Part shown: positions 23,534-34,655 of the stretch, in pieces | How positions within the stretch are numbered: the stretch's first letter is position 1 | Layout: each line of letters begins with the position of its first letter | Assembly: GCA_949358305.1 (NCBI GenBank) | Contig: OX442314.1 | Location: 32,984,001 to 33,048,000 of the forward strand | Source: Strigamia acuminata | Lineage: Eukaryota | Direction: 5' to 3' | Length of the DNA stretch: 64,000 bases | Program-made: the position numbers and the translations under genes | Notes under the pieces: generated by a model | Databases searched by the model: none | What the model was told of the DNA's origin: nothing | What the model saw: the letters and a program-made list of their open reading frames with translations, nothing else

Positions 23534-24373
23534 ATGGTGAAACTAGATCCTGCCAAAAGCAACAAGAGAGACAAACGAAAGGATGAATTTCCTGCGCCTC
23601 GCACAATCAAAAACAATCCACAGCTTTTCCACAATTACTGCTACGACGAATTAACGTCGACCGACCCGAAAACCGACAAACCAGACACTGGCAAGCCGAA
23701 AAATGTCTCCAAACACGTCCGTATTACTCCAAATAAGCAAATAAGTAGAATTTGTGACAAATTACCGATCATACCCAAAGAGGTCGCGGACAAAGCCCTA
23801 AAATTGTTTGATCAAGTGCGTTGCTGGGAAAAGATCGAAGGAGTGCCTAAGTGGGACAACATCGGAGCAGCGCGTAACCACGTCGCATTAGTCACTTCCT
23901 GTCTGCACTTCGAATGCTGCCGGAATCATGTTCCGGTTACGATTCGTGAGATGTTAGAGGTCAGCTCTTCGACACAATTGAGGAAATCTGTAAATCGATC
24001 GTCAAGGGCGATTTTAACGAAATTAGGCAAGAGTGTGGTAGCTACTGCTGACGATTTCGTTTCGAGATTTTGCAAAGGTTTGGATCTGCCGGACGCGTTG
24101 GAAAGTGCGGCTAAGGAGATTGCCAGTAATGCCCATAAACTGGATCTAGTAGCCGGAAGAATGCCGGCGTCGGTAGCCTCCGCTGCTGTTTACATGGCGT
24201 CTCAAGCGTCGAGACCGAGAGAGAAGAGATCGCGGAGGGAGATTGCGAGTGTGATGGGACTTGCCGAGGCGACGATTATAAAGTCGTATGAACTGATGAT
24301 CCCCTATGCAGCCGAATTGTTTCCACAGGATTTTGTGTTCTATACTGATATAGAAGATTTACCCGAGAGATGA
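23534..24373 (+). CDS. TFIIB-core-like copy C, intact, no Zn-ribbon/B-reader
   Basis: 279 aa from AAAATGG; aligns by eye to both cyclin repeats and the C-terminal LFPxDFxFxT..LP of metazoan TFIIB; TATATAAAA ~55 bp upstream. Confidence 0.85.
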   Translation: MVKLDPAKSNKRDKRKDEFPAPRTIKNNPQLFHNYCYDELTSTDPKTDKPDTGKPKNVSKHVRITPNKQISRICDKLPIIPKEVADKALKLFDQVRCWEKIEGVPKWDNIGAARNHVALVTSCLHFECCRNHVPVTIREMLEVSSSTQLRKSVNRSSRAILTKLGKSVVATADDFVSRFCKGLDLPDALESAAKEIASNAHKLDLVAGRMPASVASAAVYMASQASRPREKRSRREIASVMGLAEATIIKSYELMIPYAAELFPQDFVFYTDIEDLPER

Positions 24374-24647
24374 TTTGCTACACTCATCCATATTAAGAAA
24401 ATACATTTTTATTTAGTAAATGTAGTTTTACAGTACCAATATTATGTAGAATTTGTGCAGCAAAGATCCAATAATTGGCAGCAATAAAAAAAATCTAGTA
24501 AATAACAAATCAACAATTTCATTTAAATGATTTCACACATAAATATTGTATTCCGTTAGTAGATCGATCGAAATTAGATCAAATAAAAAAAATAAAAATA
24601 AAAATATACCAGTAATATTAAATTTTGTACTAAATGGTGACTAGATA

Positions 24648-24830
24648 CAGTAGTGATCAAAAGTATGCATCCAAACGGTTTTTCTTGATTTGCCAAAAGG
24701 TTTGTAATTTTAACCACTTATTACCAGCACTAAATAGAATATTCCTACAAAAAATTGGATCAATCCATCAATAACTTTTTTTTTTATTGCTAAAAATGTC
24801 CAAATGCTTTGAAAATTATCTGAAGCCTAC
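24648..24830. mobile_element. Possible truncated Tc1/mariner end at the TBP deletion breakpoint
   Basis: TA|CAGTAGTGATCAAAAGTATG resembles Tc1-type TIR starts; no second TIR seen. Confidence 0.4.
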
Positions 24831-24831
24831 A

Positions 24832-24922
24832 AACACTACGAAAACAGCGTAAAATATAAACTTTTGAGATACGAAGCTCGACAAGCAGCAGAATGCGGCT
24901 GGGAAAAATGCAAAAATTGTAA
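24832..24922 (+). pseudogene. 3' remnant of a second TBP-like copy
   Basis: HYENSVKYKLLRYEA..KMQKL* matches HYDNSVKYKLLRNEA..KMQKL* at 16190-16272. Confidence 0.85.
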
Positions 24923-25148
24923 ATAAAATTAAATTAAATTAAATAAAATTAAATAAAACAAAACAATTTCCAAACTAAAAACATTACTGCTAATTTTTTT
25001 TTATTATTCTGTTCAATTTATTTCCCATTGCAATAAACACTGAGCTTCATAAATGTACACTTTTGCCAAAGTATCAGAGATTTGTATGTCCAAATACCAA
25101 AGTATGATCAAAGCAACGACAACATCCACTGACAGAACGCTCACGTTA

Positions 25149-25760
25149 TCAATTATATTCTCCACGATTCACTCTTGACGCTTTCTTGAATTTAGTCGTC
25201 TTTTCTTCGTTCTTTCCAAGCGGCCAATCACAATCCAGAAATGATCTTTCCTTTTCTAGCTCCATCCAGCTAACTATAATGGGCCGGGTACCGTAGGTGA
25301 TCACCTGTGATTCTTCAGCTGTATTTAGTTTAAAAGCATCATATTTATCCTGTTCATCATCCAAACGAACAATCTGTTTCGGATTGTTAGTGAAATCGAG
25401 ATATTTTTGGTATAACTTTCTCCTAGATGCATTCATATTGTGTTTACGACTCATGTGCTCACGGATCGAGTTCTCCAGTGGCGTGGTCACGTGGCAAACC
25501 CAAGATTTCCAAACATGTTGATTGCGCTCGGCCAAATAGCGCGCTTGATCGGAAACTAAGCATTTCATTTCGTCGCGCAATGCTTTATCGTCTGAGAGCC
25601 ATTCGGAGGCTAATCTGCGAAGTAGATTGTGGACATTACTTTGTTCGGTAGATCTTCTTTGACGCATGTTTCGAATAGAGTCTATCTCCGTCTGATAGTC
25701 CGTGCTTGTCCATTTTTTGCCGAATATGTTTGACGAGCTTACATGTATAAACCTCGCCAT
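25149..25760 (-). CDS. Intronless 203-aa ORF, tentatively FAM228-like
   Basis: Clean ATG-to-stop ORF; WKSWVCHVTTPLENSIREHM..RRKLYQKYLDFTN..DEQDKYDAF recalls the FAM228 core (from memory only). Confidence 0.5.
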   Translation of the reverse strand: MARFIHVSSSNIFGKKWTSTDYQTEIDSIRNMRQRRSTEQSNVHNLLRRLASEWLSDDKALRDEMKCLVSDQARYLAERNQHVWKSWVCHVTTPLENSIREHMSRKHNMNASRRKLYQKYLDFTNNPKQIVRLDDEQDKYDAFKLNTAEESQVITYGTRPIIVSWMELEKERSFLDCDWPLGKNEEKTTKFKKASRVNRGEYN

Positions 25761-26029
25761 TATTTACTAGTGGTGTAATAATAGAGATTTTTGCATAGTT
25801 CCGCAGTAACATCTGAGTAGTTCCGCACTCAATTCAAGTTAATTTTGATTATTTATCTTTTTCTTAAATCTTTTTTTAAAAATAAATACCCAGTCATTTT
25901 AGTGAGACTCCAACTGCAATACATCTACCAAAAAATTAAGCTATAATGTATTTATTTAATTTTTAATTTTTGCATTTTAAATTGAATTGTACAGCATTTT
26001 ACGTGTTTCCTGTTTCCTGAATTTTATAG

Positions 26030-26165
26030 GTGTAAATGTGATAAATGTGCAGCAATGCCTGATTCCACTGAAAATGTATGCTGCAAATCTTACAAAAAAA
26101 TGGCTGATTGTATGACAGATTCAAATAATTCCTTGAACAGTATTACTGATCATCCTGGTTTTTGG
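26030..26165 (+). pseudogene. Cys-rich exon resembling the P2X7 C-terminal/nanor-type Zn domain
   Basis: After acceptor TTTATAG: CKCDKCAAMPDSTENVCCK..SITDHPGF. Confidence 0.6.
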
Positions 26166-26274
26166 TCGTCTCGATGGTCAAGTGCGAGCAGAGCAATGCC
26201 GTCGTGCCTTCTGAGAATGTTGCAGTGCCGCGCATCTTCAGTTTCGACTCCATCAAGACGAATGATTCAACTTC

Positions 26275-26744
26275 TGTTGGTCAAATGACCACTTACTTGT
26301 CTGCCTGATTCAGCATTTATTCACACTCTCATGCTGTTTCGTACGCAATTCCGTACAATTTGTCTTATTGTCTATGAGATTTGTTCTTATCTGTGAGATT
26401 CGTTCTTAACTTAAGTATAATGTTAGTATTTGGCACCAGAGTGCCATTCTGTACACTTTTCAATTTCCAAGATGGATGCCACCATAGGTTTTGTGCTGCT
26501 CCATCTCAATTCATTTGTATTGGACACATTATGTGAGTTATTATTTTATTAAAAGATAGTATTTTGTTTAACAAGTGTTGTTGTTTGTTCTGCACGGAAT
26601 TATAAGTGCAGAACACGTCGTTTCGTGCAGAAACGACTCGTTACGTTGTCGATACGTTCGCGTGTGAAACGCGACGCCATTACGGCAATTTGCCGCACGC
26701 TTCCCGGCGATATTTCGCCAATATCTGCGCCCCTCTGTCCTACA
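26275..26744 (+). repeat. Copia 5' LTR
   Basis: Matches 42317-42853 but is 67 bp shorter (gap near its start). Confidence 0.95.
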
Positions 26745-26746
26745 TT

Positions 26747-26764
26747 TGGTAGCAGAGGATGGTT
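26747..26764 (+). promoter_or_regulatory. PBS, initiator tRNA-Met
   Basis: TGGTAGCAGAGGATGGTT immediately after the LTR. Confidence 0.9.
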
Positions 26765-27646
26765 GCCAGATAAAGCAACCATTCTCCAACTAATTTTTGA
26801 TTCATTTATCGCGAAAGCGATTTTTGCGTCGAAAAATTGTTTATTTTCAGGCTTCACGAATTCACACGGCGCCATTTTGTTTCCTGGACGTCGCCGACGT
26901 TTCCACGACGTTACCGATAGCCAGGGCTATCGATTTCAACGATATTCGTTTAATTTTGTCCGAATTCTCGCGGGTTTCGCGGTTTTCGAGGCAAATTTCT
27001 TTTATTTTTGCAGATTTTTCGACAAAACTGGATTTTCGACACTGCTTAGCACGAAGCGGCAGTTCCAACGAGAACTGAACACTAGATTGTTCGCAGCTTA
27101 GTTCCCCGGTGAACGGCGGTTATCACCGATCTGTGCAAGTGGACGAAGAGCCTCGATTTATTCGAGAAGATTTCGGATTTCACATCCGAAATAGCGCTTT
27201 CTCCAGCTTTTCGAGAAAGCTGCGCCGTGCCTTCATTTGCACGAGGATCGCATCCGCGATTGATTCATCTATTTCTCCTTCTTGTCGCAATTATCTTGTT
27301 AGCATTAAGGGTATTTTGGTGTGGGACCTTATTAGTATCGGCGCAACCCTTCGGACATTCCGTCCAAGTTGCGTTTGTATTCAGAGACAAGGCTGAGCCC
27401 TGCGCCACCTAGCATTCCCGCGACCCCAGGTGGTCACAAAGGACGCTAGGGGGACACTTGCCTCTGGTTCTTAGCTGATTGTAGCATCGGCTCCCCGTTG
27501 AAGGTTTCCGCCTCGAAAGTGTGTGTGAAGTGCTTCAGTTTAGTGCTCCGAATCGAAAGTCGACATTTGTGCAGTGCTCCAGTGTCTACTGTACCATTCC
27601 TTGAGTCAGTGTGTTCGTCGCATTGTGTCGAGTTTTCTGCTCCGCA

Positions 27647-28579
27647 ATGAAGAAAGCGTCGGAATTATCGGGCGGCACGGTTCCCGTACTCACCGTTGGG
27701 AACTATGAATCATGGCAACGTTCCATGCGTATGCTCTTGAAGTCCGAAGGCTTATGGAGACAAGTGACCGAGGAAAAGGAGGCCGAGCATCTAGCCACTT
27801 TAAATGAGAAGGAAAAGGACCGTTATGCTGTGAAAAAGGACAAAGCACTCGGCCACATCTATATTCACGTTAGCGAAGCTAAACGTTCTGCCCTTGATGC
27901 TTGCAATACACCAAAAGAAGCATGGGATAAGTTGGCTACTATTTACGCACCGAGTTCCAGGGCCAGACGATCGGCCATGAGATGGGAATTTTTGAGCCTC
28001 CAACTCAAACCCGGTGAAGACATGCCTGATTTCATTGGAAGAGTGGACCATTTTGTTCAACAATTAAAAGACGTTGGTGAAAATGTCTCAGAAGAACATC
28101 ATTCTTTCCAATATCTCAAGGGTTTACCACCGGAATATGCCCAGGCCACGTTTGCAGTCTACCACTGGCCAGACCCGAACTTTACTCCAACTAAAGTGGC
28201 AGAACAGTTATTGTCCGAGCAGATGCGTTTAAAGGCCATGGGATTGACTAGCCAACCGTCTGCACATACTTCAACAGGGCAATTTCGCCAGCGTAATCAA
28301 TCTCGCGGACCGCGGGATTTGTCTAAAATCAAATGTTTCAACTGTGACCAAATGGGTCATTACGCTAACCGTTGCCCACAACCACCACGTGGAGACAGGA
28401 ATCAGTCCACAGCTTCAGTCCAGCGTTCGTCGCGAAGTAAAAGCCGCAGACGTAACAAAAATGCCGCTGCCAAGGTTGAAGACACCCGTCCACGTGGAAG
28501 TTCGCGTCCGAAGCGAGAGGGGACATTCTTTTGCAGTGCTCCGCAGATTATTGAGCGTCCTACGGTCCATTTCATGTAA
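27647..28579 (+). CDS. gag: Copia gag
   Basis: NYESWQRSMRMLLKSEGLW, UBN2-like core, CFNCDQMGHYANRC knuckle. Confidence 0.9.
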   Translation: MKKASELSGGTVPVLTVGNYESWQRSMRMLLKSEGLWRQVTEEKEAEHLATLNEKEKDRYAVKKDKALGHIYIHVSEAKRSALDACNTPKEAWDKLATIYAPSSRARRSAMRWEFLSLQLKPGEDMPDFIGRVDHFVQQLKDVGENVSEEHHSFQYLKGLPPEYAQATFAVYHWPDPNFTPTKVAEQLLSEQMRLKAMGLTSQPSAHTSTGQFRQRNQSRGPRDLSKIKCFNCDQMGHYANRCPQPPRGDRNQSTASVQRSSRSKSRRRNKNAAAKVEDTRPRGSSRPKREGTFFCSAPQIIERPTVHFM

Positions 28580-31500
28580 TCCAATGAATGGATCGTGGAT
28601 TGCGGTGCAACGGATCACGTTTCTCACGTGCGTGGCTGGTTTACAGACTTTTCGAATATCCAGCCATTTGATATTGCGTTAGGCCAAGGCAAATCACAGG
28701 TGACAGGAAGAGGAACAGTTCAATTGCTCACGTCGGTCGACGACACGGATTGCACCATCAATTTGAAGAACGTTCTCTTTGCGCCGAATTTCGAAGCCAA
28801 TTTGATTTCGGTGTCAAAGATTGATAAGACCAATCATCATGTGCATTTCTTTAATGAAGAGGTGAATGTTTATCAAACAGACTTCTGTTCACCTATTATT
28901 CGTGCGAGAGAACGCGGTGGATTATACTATTTGGACGGTTTATGCTCAACGCATCTTGTGACGCCAACTGTTTCAACAATTACTCAACCGCCAGTCCAAA
29001 TATCACTCCAACCTGTGCAAACACTAGTCACAACGGAAGTAGATTTCGACAACGTGCCAAAGCCAAAGAAGGGAAAACAAAAGCAACGGGAAATTTCAGA
29101 CTTTCGTATTACCGTGCCTGCTGTCGAACCAACGAAGCAAATGCCAGTTCAGCAAATCCCTAACCCTCCTTTGCCTGCACAAGTTACCGTTCCTCCGCCT
29201 ACACAGAAAGACCCTGTTATCCCATCCTACACGGATATCCTAAAGTCATTACCTCCTTCCTCTCCTCCTAGCACAACTTCTAGTCCAAAAGAGAAAGTTG
29301 TTGCTAATCCCACCACAGTGAAGGATGCGACTGGTTTGTGGCACAGTCGTCTTGGCCATCTTCATACCAACGCCATGAAGTTGTTAGCGGCCAATGAACA
29401 AGTCCATGGAATGGAGCCAGCAGAAGTCTGTCAAGAGTTGGCCTGCAATGACTGTCGAATTGCTAAATCTACAAGAATTTCTCACAAGCCAGATCCGCAT
29501 CCCATGACGTCGAAGCCATTAGATCTTTTACACATGGATCTGTGGGGGCCAGCCCCAGTCACTTCTTTGGGCGGCTCGGATTATGTATTCACCATAATTG
29601 ACGATGCAACACGCTACACCTGGATTTTTCCTCTGACACACAAATCTCAGACATTTGCTGCATTTAAAGACTTCGTCACCAGAGTTGAGCGGATTCAGAA
29701 CACTACCGTAAAGGCAATCAGATCCGATAGAGGCGGCGAATTCATGTCAAATGAATTCTTGCATTATCTCCAAGAAAAGGGTATCCAGGGACAGCGAACT
29801 AACCCCGCATCGCCACAAATGAACGGGACGGCAGAAAGGATAAACCGGACAATGGCCGACAATGTCCGATCGATTATCTCAGAAACAAAGCTCCCTGATA
29901 GACTCTGGGCCGAATTAGCCGTTACCTTCGCGTATATAAAGAATAGGAGCCCACATTCCAGACTAAAACATCAAGTCCCATACATTCTTTGGCGACAAAG
30001 AGATTTATCATTGCATCACCTACGTAAAATAGGATCCAAATGTTGGGTGCATTACACTGGACCGGGACGCAAGAAACTGGAAGCGCGTGCCTGGGAACGA
30101 TACCTAGTTGGCTACGCCACCGGCACTCGCGGCTACAGAGTCTGGAACCCTGTCGAAGACAGGGTGTATGAATCTATTCACGTCAAGATCGACGAGCATC
30201 AATCTTATCGAAGTCTTTGCGAGGTTCAACGCAACGACCTGATGAAACATACCTTGAAAACGGCAATGGACAACAATCCGTATCATTTGATGATAATGTC
30301 AGATATCATCGTTGGCCGAAAGGGTCCGACTCTGATCGCTCTGATAACAGCGATAACGATGATGACAATGGCAATGACAACCAGACATCAACATCTGGGT
30401 CAATGCATACACCTCTTGTCTTCTTGCCGCCTCCGACGACACCTGAGCAGCGATTATTGGATGCATGTGCGTTGGAATTACCAAGCTCTGCAAGTTTGAG
30501 ACAATCTCAATCGTATCCTATTTTATGGATTCCACCAGATGAGGACGATACAGATGCCAATATTGACAAAATAGATGAACTTTCGCATTATCCTGGAACA
30601 TCTGAATTCACCGGTACGTCGCCCGAACAATCGCCATGTCAAACTCCGCCACCTTCACTTGATCGGTCGCGTCGTCAATCACCACCAACTTCGCCTGACA
30701 GGTCGCATCATGAATCCGAAGCGTCAGCTGGACAGTTAGCTCATCAATCTCCGCCCGGTTCACCAGCACGATATATCACGTATCGTCGCAAAGGGCGTGG
30801 AGCAGACTCAGGGAGTCATACTGTACCAGTATTTGATGACACTCCAATGTCTCCTGCTCCGATTCCTACCATAACAGGAACTGAAGTTCCAGCAGCGACT
30901 GAGCGTCATACAGCACATATGTGGCGACTTGTCGGCGGGAATTCAGAATGCAGTAATTGGAGACGCGAAGAGCATCTTAGAAAAGATCAAGTACCTGGGA
31001 AGATTAGGACTGACGTTTACTAGTTTCCAATGCCTGGAATCAGACTCAGATCACCGAAAGACATTGAGGAATATTGCATGCTCAACAACATAGACTATGA
31101 GCCTGAACTCTTCACGTTCCGCAACATTGAATACACGTTGCCAATTATCCCAGGACCTCAACATGCAGCCCATCTTTGTCGAACGGAACCGGCCTCTTAT
31201 GCCGAAATACCCAAATTCACGGATGCTCCGAAATGGCGCGAAGCCATCGATGAGGAGTTGGGAACGTTCGTTGAGAGAGAGGTCTATGTAGAAGTCCCTA
31301 GACCACCTGATACTACCATCTTGGGCTGCAAGTGGATCTTCAAATTGAAGACGGATGTAACCGGCACCATCACCCGATACAGGGCCCGTCTAGTCGCGCA
31401 GGGATTTCGTCAAACCCTGGGCGTGGATTATGATGAAGTTTTCAGCCCAGTGGTGAATTTTGTTTTAATTCGCCTATTCTTCTGTCTCCTAGTTGTGTTG

Positions 31501-32161
31501 CGTGGTTGGAAGGACGCCCATCTTGACGTTAAATGTGCGTACCTGTATGGTGAGTTAAAGCACAAGGTTTACATGAGGATCCCTGCAGGTGCCACATGCT
31601 CCAACCCCAACAATGTGTGGTTACTCGTAAAATCACTCTACGGACTGCACCAATCAGGAAGGCAGTGGTTTGAAAAGCTGGATGAAGCCCTGCGAGACCT
31701 TGGATTCAAGAAGATGCCAGCATGTAACTGTGTCTACACTTTTGGAAATTCCGCCGTAATGCTGATCTACGTCGATGACATTGTTCTCTTTTATGCATCT
31801 GACAGCATTTTCAACCAGTTGCTTGCCCTCATCAGTTCGAAGTTCCAATTACGAGACTACTGGGCCTCGAGTTCATACGTGACGCAGGACGCACGTTTAT
31901 CACGCAACGTGCGTACATCGCAAAACTTGTGAAGAAGTTTGACATTGCAATCTACAATCGCGTCAAAGTTCCCGTGACTCCCGGCACCACACTCGTGAGA
32001 GGGTCAACTGAAAACTTGGCAGACTTTCCCTACAGGTCACTCATTGGATCCTTATTATTTCTGGCGTCGAGGACGCGCCCTGACATTCTCTACTCAGTGA
32101 TTGCTCTGGCCCAATTCAATACGTGTTATAATCAAACGCACATCCGTGCATTGCTACAAGT
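28580..32161 (+). pseudogene. pol: Copia pol (PR-IN-MBD-like-RT), disrupted
   Basis: WIVDCGATDH, LWHSRLGH..C..C, LLHMDLWGP, IRSDRGGEF, LGCKWIFK, IYVDD; frameshifts ~30220 and ~31860, stop 31021. Confidence 0.9.
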
Positions 32162-34061
32162 TGTGACGGTGACGACCACAACTCCCATTTAACAATGGTA
32201 CCGGGAAGAGATCGCAATAAATAAACAGTGAATACAATACGAGATAAATACAAGACAGTTTATTGTTGGCAAACAATATGGATGAGCTAAATTATACATA
32301 GGACTAATGCCGACATTTGGCAAGTTAAATCAGCTATTAAACTATACAAAGAATTGGCCAACTGGCCCTAGAATAATATCACTACGGGTCTGGAATATGG
32401 GAGCGGTTTCCCCATCGCTCGACCTGATTATAGATGTCATCTTAAGCCGGATGGCTGTGTCCTGGAGTCCGATACGGCTTCGCTGGTTTCCTTGGTTCGC
32501 TGTGTAAACTATCGCACGTCGATAAATCGAATGATCTGAGCATTGCGGTTGACTTTGTCTGCACCGCCACAACTTTGGGAGGATATTGGTGTAAGTAAAT
32601 GTATTCATTTACTTATCAATATTCCACTTATGAATTATATTTAATTCATATCGTTGTGAATTCTTATTTAGATATTTCGGGAATAAGTTGTCGTCAACTT
32701 ATCGGTTATATTGAGTTCAATATGAGATTAAGTCTTCTGACTTGATTTTGGTCCAACTGGTTGTCGAGTTTAAGTTTTGCTGTTATAAATAAAATGAAGA
32801 TTAAGCTTCCCGTCGCAACACACAATTGCCATCGATTAGAATATACGCCTTGCCATGCAGAACGGTATCAAGCGTCCCCGGCGTCGCAGCACGGTCGTCC
32901 ATCGAGTGGTTGACGGTACCACGTACACAGGGGTCGATAGCTCGCGGCTCCGCACAGCAGTTTTATCTCTCGCGGTACTAATAATAGACCGACTGCTTTG
33001 GCATCGAATACCATGAGAATCAGCTTGCCAAACACTTGGTGCTACTCGTGGTTACTGTAAAACAGACTGCTTTGGCACCATCAGGTGAAGGAACCGATTC
33101 TCAACAATACCGATGCTACTCGTGGTAACGGAATACGTTCATACCGAAAAAGACAACTTGGTCCTGTCCGGAGGATACTGAATTGCACAACGGCGGGTTC
33201 TCCTTCGGCGTCGCAACCGTAGACTGTAACATTTATGCAACATAATAATCCCAGCACTTCGACTTCAATTGCCGGCGGTGGCATGATTCTGTAGAATCAT
33301 GCAACGGTTCTTTGCGAATAAATCAACAAAGAACCAAAAGGTTTTTTACGTGAACAACGAATCATACTTCTTAAGTAACAATACCAAACAGAAATAATCA
33401 AACAGAGCTGCAGAATGGCCGGTTGTTTGGGTTTATATAACCTGACTGGATTAAGGATTAATCCAGTTATCCAATTGGAACATGGGTTCCACGAATCCCT
33501 CCAATCCCGTATCACCGGAAGTGGATACGGAGGAACAATGTGCTAATTCTCACCACAACCGGAACTGGATACCCAGGACCGGAAATGGATCCACCAATCA
33601 GATCTATTGGTTGATCGATTGATCACCAAATGTCCTGTCCCGCAGAAAATGGAAGTTACATTGTATTTAACATCACAAGACATTAATATATCTTTATATT
33701 AATGTTCACAAAGCTTCGTTTCATTCTAGTAAATATAGTTTTATATTTATTTACATGTTTTATATTCATATCTTGAATTTGCCGCTAAATCGTAATCGCG
33801 CCATCTTGTGGCAACATTGCGCATTGACAAATGCGGTTTTAGCAGACGACTCTTCGTGATTCGGCCGGAATCCTTTGATATCAAGTAGGAATGAGTGTTT
33901 ATTCTTAATAAACGAACATCTTTGTATTTGAAACATCATAAATAACTTTATTCCAGACATTTATCAGTTTTACACAGAATATCTTCGAGATATCATGATA
34001 ATGGCGCAACAGCGCTTCTTTCTAAGAAAATAGGCATTTATAGCCATTGTAAACCGTCACA
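32162..34061 (-). repeat. 3' LTR, copy 1
   Basis: No differences seen versus 39662-41561 (offset 7500). Confidence 0.95.
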
Positions 34062-34655
34062 CATCCCCCTTAATAACACAATTATATAAAATTTTATAGA
34101 GTTTTCGTTATTCTCCTAATTAGCATAAATGCTATTTTCGGACTTGATGTATCTTGGAGATACCGTGACTTCCAATTTCGAATTTGAGCTTACATAAACT
34201 AACTTGAATTATCTAAGTTCTGATTTTCTGCCGAAATAATCTTTTCTAATAGCCTAAATTCAAGTCCAGAATTTATTTCCAAGTCTTCTTTTTGAAGAAA
34301 CTTTCGTCATACATAAAATCATCATTTGTGTTATCACAAAATATTTATTTCATATGCCTAGTCAGATGTATCGCTATAAATATACAATAAATAGCTTTTA
34401 GATGATAAGAGTTGACAATTAAGAAATCATAATTGTCCCCCTTAATTGTCATGACCGGAGTCACTTGGTATTCTTTGTACAATTGACTAATTTAATTAAA
34501 CTAGTTGTCTTAATAATGTAGCATTACTTTTCAAAATTTTGTTAATTCTAACTTTTATATTTTGTCCCCCTTTTCTTTAGAAGAGAGGTCATGATTTTTA
34601 GAAGAGGATTTTCTGTTTACACTATAATCGGGGAATCTTTGTGTATCATATCATG

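Larger units (their letters stand above)
21780..25155 (+). repeat. Segmental paralog of ~8880-17268 (TFIIB-TBP cassette) with deletions
   Basis: Colinear matches: 21810~8900, 22210-22498~9760-10050, 23000-23357~10050-10400, 23400-24640~12425-13610, 24832-24930~16188-16285, 24960-25155~17028-17268. Confidence 0.9.

Noticed and set aside
32307..33960. Short ORFs repeated in the LTRs
   Set aside because: Recurrence reflects LTR identity; no motifs recognised
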